From NCBI GenBank assembly GCA_900317625.1, contig ONHK01000010.1:6039-70038 (forward strand): a DNA stretch of 64,000 nucleotides. The letters run 5' to 3'. Of this stretch, positions 39,681-49,392 are shown piece after piece. Every line of letters begins with the position of its first letter. Position 1 is the first letter of the stretch. Source of the stretch: an uncultured Treponema sp. Lineage in GTDB: Bacteria > Spirochaetota > Spirochaetia > Treponematales > Treponemataceae. Under the pieces are notes generated by a model. The model was not told the origin of the DNA and made no database searches. It saw only the letters and a list, made by a program, of their open reading frames with translations. Made by a program: the position numbers and the translations under genes.

Positions 39681-41284
39681 TATTTGTTCAGCGCCGCTCC
39701 TAAAAATGCCGTAAAAAGCGGATGTGGTTTTGCCGGGCGGGAAACAAATTCCGGGTGATACTGAACCCCGACTCCCCATTTGTGGGTTTTCCATTCAAAA
39801 GCTTCAATTCTGTCATCATCTTCGGCAACTGCTGAAATAAGAAGTCCGTTCTGATTCATTATTTCAGAATATTTTTTGTCGAATGTATGCTTGTTTCTGT
39901 GTCGTTCTGTAACAGAAAGTTTTTTGTAAGCCTGATGAAGTTTTGTATCTTTTACGATTTTTACGCCAAGCGCACCTAGCTGTTCCGAGCCGGCAACTGA
40001 AAGTCCAGCCTGTTCTTCCGGAAGGCTGATGATTGCGTGTTCAGGGTTCTGGATAAATTCTGTGCTGTCCGCATCTGTCCAGCCAATCAAAGAGCGTGCG
40101 GTTTCTATTGCCATAAGCTGCATTCCGACATCAATTCCAAGGTAAGGAATATTGTTTTCGCGTGCAAATTTTACAGTTTTTAAAAGACCAAGGAAGCCAC
40201 GCTGGCCATAATTTCCTGGAATTACAATTCCGTCAACACCTTCAAAAGATGAAGAGATACTTTCTGTTCCTTCAAGAGATTCCGCGTCAACTTTTTTAAG
40301 TTCAAGCTGAGCGCCAAAAGAAGTTACTGCGGCGTGGAAAAGCGCTTCCCGCACCGACTTGAAGCATTCGTCCAGGTAATCTTTTTTGCCGACAATCGCG
40401 ATTTTGATTTTTGGACCATCTTCATTCAGTTTTTTTATAAAACTTGTCCACTGCCGGATGTTTGAATTTGCGGAATCTGTTTTTAATGCGAGTTTTTTTA
40501 CAATTGCCGCGTCAAGACCTTCCTTGTGAAAAAGAATCGGGATTTCGTAGATTGATTTTTCTACATTTGAAGAGGCAAAAACTGCGTTTGTTGAAACATT
40601 GCAGAAAAGCGCGAGTTTCTTGCGCATATCTGGCTCAATTTCCTTTTCGCAGCGGCAAAGAAGAATATCCGGCTGAATTCCTGCTTCCTGCAGCTGTTTT
40701 ACAGAATGTTGTGTCGGTTTTGATTTTAATTCTCCGCCGGTAATCACAGGAATCAGCGAAAGATGTATTGTACAGATTTCGTTTTTCGGTAGTTCATGAA
40801 CCATCTGGCGTCCAGCTTCCAAAAAAGGAATTGATTCTATATCCCCGACTGTTCCGCCGATTTCAACAATTACAACGTCAGCCTGAGTTTTTTGACCTAC
40901 TGAAAAAATTCTTCGTTTTATTTCATCTGTTATATGAGGAATTACCTGAACTGTGCGGCCGTTGTATCGTCCTGCGCGTTCATTTCTGATAACTTGATCG
41001 TAAACTTTTCCGATTGTTATGCAGTTGTCGCTTGTGATTGTAACACTTGTAAAACGGGAAAAATTTCCCAAATCCAAGTCTGTTTCTGCGCCATCTTCTG
41101 TTACATAGACTTCACCATGCTGAAACGGGCTGATGTTTCCCGCGTCAAGATTGATGTACGGGTCGCATTTTATCATGGCAATCTTTAAGCCATAACCTTC
41201 AAGAAGACTTCCAATAGTTGCAGATGCAACACCTTTTCCAAGACTTGAACAAACTCCACTAGTAACCAGAATGTATTTACTCAT
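39680..41284 (-). CDS. pyrG: CTP synthase with a degenerate glutaminase domain
   Basis: SSLGKG, DPYIN, HGEVYVTEDGAETDLD, KPTQHSV, QYHPEF; GIDVGMQ in place of GICLGMQ. Confidence 0.92.
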   Translation of the reverse strand: MSKYILVTSGVCSSLGKGVASATIGSLLEGYGLKIAMIKCDPYINLDAGNISPFQHGEVYVTEDGAETDLDLGNFSRFTSVTITSDNCITIGKVYDQVIRNERAGRYNGRTVQVIPHITDEIKRRIFSVGQKTQADVVIVEIGGTVGDIESIPFLEAGRQMVHELPKNEICTIHLSLIPVITGGELKSKPTQHSVKQLQEAGIQPDILLCRCEKEIEPDMRKKLALFCNVSTNAVFASSNVEKSIYEIPILFHKEGLDAAIVKKLALKTDSANSNIRQWTSFIKKLNEDGPKIKIAIVGKKDYLDECFKSVREALFHAAVTSFGAQLELKKVDAESLEGTESISSSFEGVDGIVIPGNYGQRGFLGLLKTVKFARENNIPYLGIDVGMQLMAIETARSLIGWTDADSTEFIQNPEHAIISLPEEQAGLSVAGSEQLGALGVKIVKDTKLHQAYKKLSVTERHRNKHTFDKKYSEIMNQNGLLISAVAEDDDRIEAFEWKTHKWGVGVQYHPEFVSRPAKPHPLFTAFLGAALNK

Positions 41285-41421
41285 AAGGATATATTTTTTC
41301 ATTATGTTGTGTTTTAGTCAATGATTCGCAGCGATTTAAAATTGTAAAAAAACTGAAAAATTATAACAAAAATTTAAAGGTGAATTTGCCTGTAATCAAA
41401 ACTAAGTGTATAATTGCATAT

Positions 41422-42237
41422 ATGAACGATGCTCTTAATGATGCGGATTTTGAGAAGTTTAGAAAAACAATTTACGATGAAAGCGGAATAACATTTTCTG
41501 CGACAAATCGACCGATTCTGGATAGCCGCATAAAAGAAATTCTGCGTGAAAAGAAAATTGATACAGCGGCGGAATATTATGCGCTTATTCTAAAAGATCA
41601 CGAAGAAATGAAAAGAATGTTGGATTCTGTTACAACGAATCTTACACGGTTTTTTAGAAACCAGCCGCATTTTGATGCTTTTGAAAAATATGTAATTCCT
41701 CATGTTCTGGAAGAAAAACGGAAAACTGGCGATAAAACTATCCGCGTTTGGAGTGCAGGCTGTTCAACTGGCGAAGAGCCATACACAATTGCTATGATTT
41801 TGAAAAGAATTCTTCCGCTTGGATACAATTTTACAGTTATGGCTTCTGATATTTCATTAAAATCATTGATGGTTGCCCAGCAGGGATTTTACGCGGAAAA
41901 CAAAGTTGATGGAGTTCCGCCGGATTATCTTGCCCAGTTCTTTACAAAGAAGGAAAAAGGCTACCAGATTAATAAAGAGATAATGGATTCTGTAAAATTT
42001 GATTATCACAATTTAAAGAATGACTCTGGCATGCGGAATATTGATGTTGTTTTTTGCCGCAACGTTATGATTTATTTTGATGAGGCGGCGCAGCTTGTGG
42101 TTCTGGACAGATTCTGGAATTCAATGGCAAAACATTCGTATCTTTTTATAGGTCATTCAGAATCTTTGTTTGGAATGAACACAAAATTTGAATTCCTGAA
42201 AACTGACTGGGCTTGTCTTTACCAGAAAAATATTTAA
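41422..42237 (+). CDS. cheR: Chemotaxis methyltransferase
   Basis: TTNLTRFFR, WSAGCSTGEEPY, CRNVMIYFD, GHSES. Confidence 0.97.
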   Translation: MNDALNDADFEKFRKTIYDESGITFSATNRPILDSRIKEILREKKIDTAAEYYALILKDHEEMKRMLDSVTTNLTRFFRNQPHFDAFEKYVIPHVLEEKRKTGDKTIRVWSAGCSTGEEPYTIAMILKRILPLGYNFTVMASDISLKSLMVAQQGFYAENKVDGVPPDYLAQFFTKKEKGYQINKEIMDSVKFDYHNLKNDSGMRNIDVVFCRNVMIYFDEAAQLVVLDRFWNSMAKHSYLFIGHSESLFGMNTKFEFLKTDWACLYQKNI

Positions 42238-42267
42238 TCCGCTTGAATTTGTCTTTTGAGGAAAAAA

Positions 42268-43467
42268 ATGGAGCTTAAAGATTCAAAATACGACACACTG
42301 AAAGTTCAGATTTGCGATGATTCAGCTTTGATGCGGAATCTTGTTTCCAGAATTATAAATGACACTCCAGGAATGGAAGTTGTTGGAAAAGCGATGAACG
42401 GAAAAATGCTTCTTGATGAAATTCCGTTTATAAAGCCGGATGTTGTTCTTCTTGATATAGAAATGCCTGTTATGACCGGAGTTGAATTTCTTGAGGAACG
42501 TAAAAAACTCAAGTGGGATATTCCTGTTGTAATCCTTTCTTCAATTGCGACAAAAGGTGCTGCTGTTACCGTAAAGTGTCTTGAGCTTGGCGCAATGGAT
42601 TTTATCACAAAGCCGGGCGGTTCTGTAACAACAGAAGTCATGGACGTAAAAGAATCAATTATTGAAAAAATTGCTTCTTACGGCGGTTCTTATGCGCGCA
42701 GAAAAGGCAAAAAAATTCCATCCACAGATTTTTTCCTGCGTTCAATAAAAATGCGGGAAGCTGAAAAATTTGTCGCGAAGCAAAAAGGAACTGAGGAAGT
42801 TCAGGTGCCACTGGAACCGCTCTTGTCTGGTTGGAAAGAGCCGGCAAAAAAAGAACCTGTTGTGGTAAAGCCGCTTAGGGATGGCGGAAAAATTGAAATT
42901 ATTGCTATTGGAATTTCTACCGGCGGGCCGAATGCGCTTAGGGATGTTTTTAAGATGATTGATCCGCACTTGAAGCAGCCGATTCTTGTTGTTCAGCATA
43001 TGCCTGCAGGTTTTACCGCGGAATTTGCCCGGAGCTTGAACAGAATCTGTCCTTTGGAAGTTTGCGAGGCACAGGATGAAATGCCGATTGAGGGCGGTCA
43101 TGTTTATATAGCGCCAGGAAATTATCATATAATAGTAGAAGAACGAATCTCTGGAAACGTAATACGGACAACGCAGACAGAGCAAAGAAACGGACATCGT
43201 CCTAGCGCTGATGTTCTTTTTGAAAGCATTGCGTCTGTTTACAAAAATAATGCGCTTGGCGTAATTATGACAGGAATGGGGCGCGATGGGGCAGCTCAAC
43301 TTGCGGAAATGCGTAGGCAAGGAGCATGGACTTTAGGTCAGGATGAGGCTTCCAGCATTGTTTATGGAATGCCACGCGTCGGCTGGGAATTGGGCGGTGT
43401 TCAAAAGCAAGTTCCGCTTATGGAAATGGCGGATGAAATCAGTAGGCTTGCGCGCGAGCACTGTTAA
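42268..43467 (+). CDS. cheB: Chemotaxis methylesterase/response regulator
   Basis: Receiver domain plus GISTGG, VQHM, MTGMGRDG. Confidence 0.97.
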   Translation: MELKDSKYDTLKVQICDDSALMRNLVSRIINDTPGMEVVGKAMNGKMLLDEIPFIKPDVVLLDIEMPVMTGVEFLEERKKLKWDIPVVILSSIATKGAAVTVKCLELGAMDFITKPGGSVTTEVMDVKESIIEKIASYGGSYARRKGKKIPSTDFFLRSIKMREAEKFVAKQKGTEEVQVPLEPLLSGWKEPAKKEPVVVKPLRDGGKIEIIAIGISTGGPNALRDVFKMIDPHLKQPILVVQHMPAGFTAEFARSLNRICPLEVCEAQDEMPIEGGHVYIAPGNYHIIVEERISGNVIRTTQTEQRNGHRPSADVLFESIASVYKNNALGVIMTGMGRDGAAQLAEMRRQGAWTLGQDEASSIVYGMPRVGWELGGVQKQVPLMEMADEISRLAREHC

Positions 43468-43479
43468 ATTCTGTAAAAT

Positions 43480-43878
43480 CTATTGAATAATTTTTGTGAT
43501 TTCCAGTTTTACGATTGTCGGTGCTGTTCTTGATGATGCAATCGTAAAACTGCAGCTGATTAAAAAACAGATTGAAATAAAAATCGCCTTGAAAATTTCT
43601 GTACATTCAATTTTTAGAAGAGCTGCGATTTGCCCGGAAAAAATCAGTCCTGCTGCGGCACATAAAATTGGTATAAAAAGCGCAAAAATTCCGGCAATTG
43701 CTTCTTTTTTTTGCGGAAGTCCGATTGTTACTTTTGAACCTTTTTCAATTTTCAGTTTACGAGGATTGGAAACTTGAATGTTTGCCCTAAATTTCTTGTT
43801 TTTTTCAGAGTGGCTTTCCGGAGAAACTAGGATTGACTCATCATTTTGGATTTCAGTTACAATGTAGAGTTGCTTCAA
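43480..43878 (-). CDS. RseC-like small membrane protein
   Basis: Beta-rich N-terminus (GSKVTIG) followed by two TMs; TTG start with RBS. Confidence 0.55.
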   Translation of the reverse strand: MKQLYIVTEIQNDESILVSPESHSEKNKKFRANIQVSNPRKLKIEKGSKVTIGLPQKKEAIAGIFALFIPILCAAAGLIFSGQIAALLKIECTEIFKAIFISICFLISCSFTIASSRTAPTIVKLEITKIIQ

Positions 43879-44408
43879 ATCATTTCTCCTGTCTGTTTTA
43901 ATTCTTTCAGTCTTTTTGCACATTCATCAGCGCCGGTCTTGTTGCCCAGCTCTTTATATGTGTCGCGAAGATTATATAGCGCATCGTAATAATAAGGATT
44001 TACCATTACAGCGTTTTCAAACGCATCCGCGGCTTCTTTGTATGATTTCTGGCTAAAAAATATAACTCCAATGATATTTAAAAGATGGTAGTTTTCCGGG
44101 TTGATTTTTAAGCCATAAAGACAACATTCATGCGCTTCAATAAGATTTCCCTGGGAATACAAAATTGTTGCAAGTTCTTCTATTATTTCTGCATTTTCCG
44201 GTGAAAGTTCGTGTGCTTTTTCAAGACTTTCCGTTGCGCTTTCAAGATTTCCGGAGTCGCGCTGTGTCAAAGCAAGATTGAACCAAAGAAGAGAATTATT
44301 TTTTTCAATTTTTATTGCTTTTACAAAACAGGCGATTGCTTCTTTGTAAGAACCTGCATTTGCGAGTAAAATTGCCTGGTTGTTTAGTCGGGCTGCTGTT
44401 TCAATCAT
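43875..44408 (-). CDS. TPR-repeat protein
   Basis: Repeated A..F.KA....P / WFNL TPR pattern. Confidence 0.85.
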   Translation of the reverse strand: MIETAARLNNQAILLANAGSYKEAIACFVKAIKIEKNNSLLWFNLALTQRDSGNLESATESLEKAHELSPENAEIIEELATILYSQGNLIEAHECCLYGLKINPENYHLLNIIGVIFFSQKSYKEAADAFENAVMVNPYYYDALYNLRDTYKELGNKTGADECAKRLKELKQTGEMI

Positions 44409-44427
44409 ATTTTTCCCAAAAGGACAG

Positions 44428-45516
44428 TTATCTTTTTTCCGCCTTGAATTTTAAAATCATCTCTTCAAAAAGTTCTTTTATCAGTTTTGCAGATTTTGAA
44501 GAATTTGCGCTGCCAAATACATTTGCAAGAATTTCTATATTTTTTTCGATTGTTTCAGTTCCTTTTTTCTGTGCAATTTGAATCGCATCGCTTTCTTCTA
44601 AAAGTTTAATGCACTGTTCAACTGCCGGCGAGTCAATTCCTTCTTTTGCGGCTTTTGCGAAAAATTCAGCGATTTTTTCTTTGTCATCTGGATTTTTCTG
44701 AACGTGCAGAAGAACCGGAAGGCTCTTTTTTCCTTCAACAATGTCATCTCCGCGTTTTTTTCCGGGGTTTCCTGTTGTAAGATTTTGAACATCATCAAGA
44801 ATCTGGAATCCTTCGCCCAAAGCTGCGGCAACTTTTCCCATTTCAAGAGCTTCTTGCCTTGTTGCGCCTCCAGCTAAAAATCCTGTTTGAACTGCAAGCG
44901 ATGCCAAAGTTCCGGTTTTCAGGTGAACCATCTGCGTGTATTCCTGAACTGTAGGAAAAAGATGCGGATTTATGTGCCAATAAATGTCCATCGCCTGTCC
45001 AAGATGAAGCCTGCGCAATTCCTGCGTGTACAATGCGTAAAGCTGATTTTTGAACTCTGTTGAAACTTTCAGCGAGTCGATTGTTTCCGGGGCGACAAAA
45101 TAAAGCCACGAACCTGCGTTCAGCGCAACATCAAGCCCGAATGAGATATGTGCTGCCGGTTTTCCGCGGCGTGTTTCTGCGGAATCTTCTATATCATCGT
45201 GGATAAGCGAGGCTGTGTGAACAAATTCCACAAGCGGAGTTACATCGTAAGTCTGTTCAAGCGTAAGAGGCGCATTCTTTTTTGATTCGCGGCAAAGCTC
45301 TGAGCAAAGCACAAGAAGAATCGGACGCCAGCGTTTTCCGCCCAAATCCATGAGCGAACGGCACGGTTTTATAAGGTTCTCAAAATGCTCGTCTTTTACG
45401 CAGTCCGAAAGTTCCCTGAAAGTTTTTTGTTGCCATTCAACATTCGTTTTTTCTGGAAGCGATTTTTTCAGCGAGTTTTCTATATTTTCCAATATTTCTG
45501 CAAATTCATTTTTCAT
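44428..45516 (-). CDS. Polyprenyl diphosphate synthase
   Basis: GGKRWRP, LIHDDIED, RRG, KT, FQILDD. Confidence 0.92.
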   Translation of the reverse strand: MKNEFAEILENIENSLKKSLPEKTNVEWQQKTFRELSDCVKDEHFENLIKPCRSLMDLGGKRWRPILLVLCSELCRESKKNAPLTLEQTYDVTPLVEFVHTASLIHDDIEDSAETRRGKPAAHISFGLDVALNAGSWLYFVAPETIDSLKVSTEFKNQLYALYTQELRRLHLGQAMDIYWHINPHLFPTVQEYTQMVHLKTGTLASLAVQTGFLAGGATRQEALEMGKVAAALGEGFQILDDVQNLTTGNPGKKRGDDIVEGKKSLPVLLHVQKNPDDKEKIAEFFAKAAKEGIDSPAVEQCIKLLEESDAIQIAQKKGTETIEKNIEILANVFGSANSSKSAKLIKELFEEMILKFKAEKR

Positions 45517-45580
45517 ATTAAAAGAATTATACACGAAATCTGTTAATCATTGAATCAAAAATTCCGAAAAGATAAGTATT

Positions 45581-46177
45581 ATGGCAGCAAACAGTTACGA
45601 AAAACCCGATTATTGGTCTCAAAAAGCGTTTTCAGAAGGTTATCCGGCGCGTTCAGTTTATAAATTAAAAGAAATGGATGAAAAATTTGGAATGTTGAAA
45701 AAAAGTTGCAATGTTCTGGATTTGGGGGCGGCTCCGGGAAGCTGGACAACTTTTCTTTTGCGGAATCTTGGTTCAGAAAGCAAAGTTGTAAGCTGCGATT
45801 TGAATCCTCTTTCAAAATCTGTTCGCGGAGAAAATCTGACTTTTATTCAGGGTGATTTGAATGACGCTGCTATCCGTAAGCAAATCAAGGCTCTTGGACC
45901 TTTTGATCTAGTTGTTTGCGACGCGGCTCCATTGACAACAGGAAACCGGATTGTTGATACAGCGCGCTCGGAGCAACTTGTTGAGATGGCAATCTGGTAC
46001 GCGGAGACAATGCTTAAGCAGGGCGGAAATTTTTGTGTGAAAATATTCCAGAACGGCGACCAGCAGAAATTTTTGCGCAAGCTAAGGGAACTTTTTTCAA
46101 GCGCAAAAGGATTTAAGCCGGAAGCGTGCCGTTCCGAGTCTTTTGAAACATTTCTTGTTGGAATTTCTCGTAAATAG
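45581..46177 (+). CDS. rlmE: 23S rRNA Um2552 methyltransferase
   Basis: YPARSVYKL, DLGAAPGSW, CDAAP, KPEACRSESFE. Confidence 0.92.
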   Translation: MAANSYEKPDYWSQKAFSEGYPARSVYKLKEMDEKFGMLKKSCNVLDLGAAPGSWTTFLLRNLGSESKVVSCDLNPLSKSVRGENLTFIQGDLNDAAIRKQIKALGPFDLVVCDAAPLTTGNRIVDTARSEQLVEMAIWYAETMLKQGGNFCVKIFQNGDQQKFLRKLRELFSSAKGFKPEACRSESFETFLVGISRK

Positions 46178-46187
46178 GTGATACAAT

Positions 46188-47339
46188 ATGAAAAAGTATA
46201 ACAATTACAAGAATTTAACTTTACTTATGAAATTAGAGAATTTATATAAAAAAATGTTCAGCACCCGGCTCAGACGGATTATTTTTCATAGCATGATTGC
46301 TTTTGCCGGCGGAATTTCTCTTGCCTGGGGCGTTTTGTATATCGCTTCAAATTTGAATGTTGAAAAGGGCGTTGGCGGTTTTGAAGCCTCTGCTCCGACT
46401 GAATATATTGAAGAAAATTCAGAGATTTCCGCTGTTTCTGTTTCCGCAGAAAATTCTTCTAGCGCGGAAAGTTCTTCTGACGGTCTTGCTGAATTAGATG
46501 AGCTTGCGCTGATTGATTCTCTTTCTGAAAATGACGCGGAATCAGACAGCCTTGATGCGGCTGCGGCAGTTTTAAGCCAGGATGCTTATTCTTCAGAAGG
46601 ACTTGAGCTTTGCTATTTTACTTACCGCGTTCAAAAAGGCGATATGATTGGTTACATTGCGGACAAATTTAATGTTACGCAGGACACAATTATCAGCGTG
46701 AACAATATCCATCAGTCGCGACTTATTCAGATTGGTCAGATTTTGAAAATTCCTTCTATGCCTGGAATTATTTACACAGTAAAAAAGAATGGTGAGACAG
46801 CCGGTTCAATCGCAGAAAAATTTGAAATCAGTGCGGAAAAACTTGCCCGCGTTAACAATATTCAGGAAAATCAGAATCTGGTTGCTGGTCAGACTTTGTT
46901 TGCCCCGGATGCGCTTTTGGATTGGGTCACCCGGCAGGAAATCAACGGGGATTTGTTCCACAAGCCGATTCATTCGCGTTATTATCTTTCTTCATATTAC
47001 GGCTGGAGAAGTTCTCCGTTCAGCGGAAAACGCTCTTATCATTCCGGAGTTGATATGGCTTGCCCTCAGGGAACTCCAGTTTATGCGGCTCTTGGCGGAA
47101 CAGTAACTTCTGTTGGCTACAATAATGTTTACGGAAATTACGTGATTGTAACTCATCATTCTGGATACAAGACTTTGTACGGACATATGTCAAAGCAACT
47201 TGTAACACGTGGAAAATGGGTCGATACAAGCACAAGAATCGGACTTGTTGGAAGCACAGGTTTAAGCACAGGTCCGCACCTTCATTTTACAGTCTATAAA
47301 TTCGGAAAAACTGTAAATCCGGCTGGACTTTGGAAATAA
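46188..47339 (+). CDS. LysM x2 plus M23 peptidase
   Basis: YRVQKGD, HSGVD, STGPHLHF; start uncertain. Confidence 0.9.
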   Translation: MKKYNNYKNLTLLMKLENLYKKMFSTRLRRIIFHSMIAFAGGISLAWGVLYIASNLNVEKGVGGFEASAPTEYIEENSEISAVSVSAENSSSAESSSDGLAELDELALIDSLSENDAESDSLDAAAAVLSQDAYSSEGLELCYFTYRVQKGDMIGYIADKFNVTQDTIISVNNIHQSRLIQIGQILKIPSMPGIIYTVKKNGETAGSIAEKFEISAEKLARVNNIQENQNLVAGQTLFAPDALLDWVTRQEINGDLFHKPIHSRYYLSSYYGWRSSPFSGKRSYHSGVDMACPQGTPVYAALGGTVTSVGYNNVYGNYVIVTHHSGYKTLYGHMSKQLVTRGKWVDTSTRIGLVGSTGLSTGPHLHFTVYKFGKTVNPAGLWK

Positions 47340-47340
47340 T

Positions 47341-47814
47341 CTACGAAATCCTTTTTGCAACAGTTGAAAGTTTTTTGATGAACAGGTCTATATGACTGCA
47401 TACAAAAACCGCGCAATAAACTGTAACGCAACCGGCGATTGTAAGCGCATACCAGATTGAAAGCGAGCGGTTCTGAATATCTTGCGTTGAAAACAGCGAA
47501 CTGAAAAGCAGGGCAATCATAAGAATTCCGCCGATTATCCAGCCTGCAAAAGGAAGAGGCTTGTAAAATCTGTCTTTTTGCTGGACATGAATCTGAGAAA
47601 TGATTTTTTGAATAGAAGCGTCTGTTACCGGAGTTTCAATTTTTAGCGGTGCAGAAATTTCTTTTTCAGCAAGCTTTAAAAGTTTTATCTGCTCCCGGCA
47701 TTTCTTGCATCCCAAAAGATGAAGAGAAATTTTCAGCGGAACTCGTTCGCCCTTATCCAGCATAAGATACTGATTCATAAAATTTTCGCATTTATTGTTC
47801 ATTTTATTTTCCAT
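47341..47814 (-). CDS. Zinc-binding membrane anti-sigma factor
   Basis: HLLGCKKC (ZAS motif) and two TMs, downstream of an ECF sigma. Confidence 0.8.
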   Translation of the reverse strand: MENKMNNKCENFMNQYLMLDKGERVPLKISLHLLGCKKCREQIKLLKLAEKEISAPLKIETPVTDASIQKIISQIHVQQKDRFYKPLPFAGWIIGGILMIALLFSSLFSTQDIQNRSLSIWYALTIAGCVTVYCAVFVCSHIDLFIKKLSTVAKRIS

Positions 47815-48376
47815 AATATTTCTCCAGCTTATTTTTTAATATTTTTTTTGCCCTGAAAATGTGGGATTTTATTGTATTCACAGGAAAATCTGTTATTTCA
47901 CTTATTTCCTGGTAAGGAATATCGTAGTAAAAATACATTTCCACGCAGATTTCATATTTTTCAGGAAGTTCACTTATTGCCTCGCGGATTGCCTGCTGCG
48001 TGATTTTTCTGATTTGAATTTCTTCCGGCGTAACAGACGCAGAATCAGGAATTATTGTCTCATCATCAATAGGAAGAGAATTTTTCGCCCTTTTTACAGA
48101 ATTTATTGCGGTCGTGTAGGCAATTTTCATCAGCCAGGTTGAAAACATGGAATTTCCCTTGAAAGAATCCAAATGCGTAAAAACCTTGATGAACACATCC
48201 TGCACAAAATCCTCGGAATCAGTTTCGTTGTGAAAAAAACTTTTTCCAAAATTGAAAATTCTGGTTTTGTAGAGCGTCATAAGTTTTGTAAAGGCGTTTT
48301 TGTTTCCGGCTAAAACGCTTTTTACAAGGTGAAAATCTCTTCTTTTTATATGTTCTCTTTCGAGCTGCTCAAGCAT
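47804..48376 (-). CDS. ECF RNA polymerase sigma factor
   Basis: EDFVQDVFIK, FSTWLMKIA, YQEISE..NTIKSHIFRAK. Confidence 0.92.
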   Translation of the reverse strand: MLEQLEREHIKRRDFHLVKSVLAGNKNAFTKLMTLYKTRIFNFGKSFFHNETDSEDFVQDVFIKVFTHLDSFKGNSMFSTWLMKIAYTTAINSVKRAKNSLPIDDETIIPDSASVTPEEIQIRKITQQAIREAISELPEKYEICVEMYFYYDIPYQEISEITDFPVNTIKSHIFRAKKILKNKLEKYYGK

Positions 48377-48379
48377 TCT

Positions 48380-48724
48380 TTAGTCTTTTTTGTGAAAATC
48401 TGGATAAGCGTAGAAAAATATAAGAAGGCAGATTCCTACAACCATCGGCAAAAGTCCGCCTAGGATTGCGTAGGAAAATCCATCTATGATTGCAAAAACC
48501 GCAGTCAGCGTAAGACCGATTCCAGTCAGCAGAAGTCCTGTTAGCAAAGAAAATGCCGCAAAATTGAATTTGCTTGGAACAAAAGTTCCTGTTTTTATCT
48601 GAAGTTTTGTTTCATGGTGCTTCCACAGAATATAAAAGAAAAGAATTAACGCTCCAAAGCAGATTCCGACAATTGGAACGATTGAAATTATTACTTGCGC
48701 CGCAGCGGATGTTATCTGGTTCAT
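48380..48724 (-). CDS. Small membrane protein upstream of the ECF sigma
   Basis: Three TMs; GAGG RBS before ATG 48724. Confidence 0.7.
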   Translation of the reverse strand: MNQITSAAAQVIISIVPIVGICFGALILFFYILWKHHETKLQIKTGTFVPSKFNFAAFSLLTGLLLTGIGLTLTAVFAIIDGFSYAILGGLLPMVVGICLLIFFYAYPDFHKKD

Positions 48725-48784
48725 TTTTTTCCTCGCTTTTTTAGACACTGAATTATACAAAATGTTGCAGAAAAACTCAGAATT

Positions 48785-49273
48785 TCAATCTAAAAATATT
48801 AAATCTTCAAAATAGATGTCCTGGATTTTGTTCAGCACAAGAATTTCGTTCAGTTCTGCTAAAAGTTCTGTTTTGATTTGTTGGTCGGTTTTTGATTTTA
48901 ACTGGGAAATTGTTCTTGCAGAAAAATAATTCACAAAAACCGATTTTATCATTGCGTTTTTGCGTGAAAGTTCCTCAAAAAACTCTTTATCATCTTTTGT
49001 ATACGAAATCAGCGGAGTTAAAACTACAGTTGTTCCGGATTTTTTGTTTTTTTCCGTTGCTGTTACGGCGCGGATTCTTCCAAGATTTTTGTACGAGTAA
49101 AGATTGTCTTTCAAAGGTTTCTGCGGTTGCGCTTTTACAACTGGAACTGCCGGCGATTTTGTTTTTACCGCAATGGTTGTCCCCAAAATCATCAGAAAAA
49201 GAAAAATCACTACCGCCACAAGAATTTTATTCAAAGTGATATTTTCAACCAACGCCCTGCAAAAATTTTTCAT
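48785..49273 (-). CDS. fliL: Flagellar basal-body-associated FliL
   Basis: Single TM; EEL..K...I..YFS..T...L, K.ELL..LN..L...IQDIYF; start uncertain. Confidence 0.8.
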   Translation of the reverse strand: MKNFCRALVENITLNKILVAVVIFLFLMILGTTIAVKTKSPAVPVVKAQPQKPLKDNLYSYKNLGRIRAVTATEKNKKSGTTVVLTPLISYTKDDKEFFEELSRKNAMIKSVFVNYFSARTISQLKSKTDQQIKTELLAELNEILVLNKIQDIYFEDLIFLD

Positions 49274-49320
49274 CTGTTCCGCCTGGATATTAATATACAA
49301 CAGTTTGGATAATTTTTCAC

Positions 49321-49348
49321 TCAAGAAATGCTTAAAACTTGCCGATAA
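49321..49348 (+). promoter_or_regulatory. Sigma28-like promoter
   Basis: TCAA-N16-GCCGATAA (perfect FliA -10) upstream of 49393. Confidence 0.5.
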
Positions 49349-49392
49349 ACAATTGATATAGTAGTTTGTTTTGGATTTTTTAGGGAAATTTA

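Noticed and set aside
31185-43320. Long antisense ORFs (31185-31910, 34740-35144, 36471-37046, 42742-43320)
   Set aside because: Shadows of well-supported genes on the opposite strand
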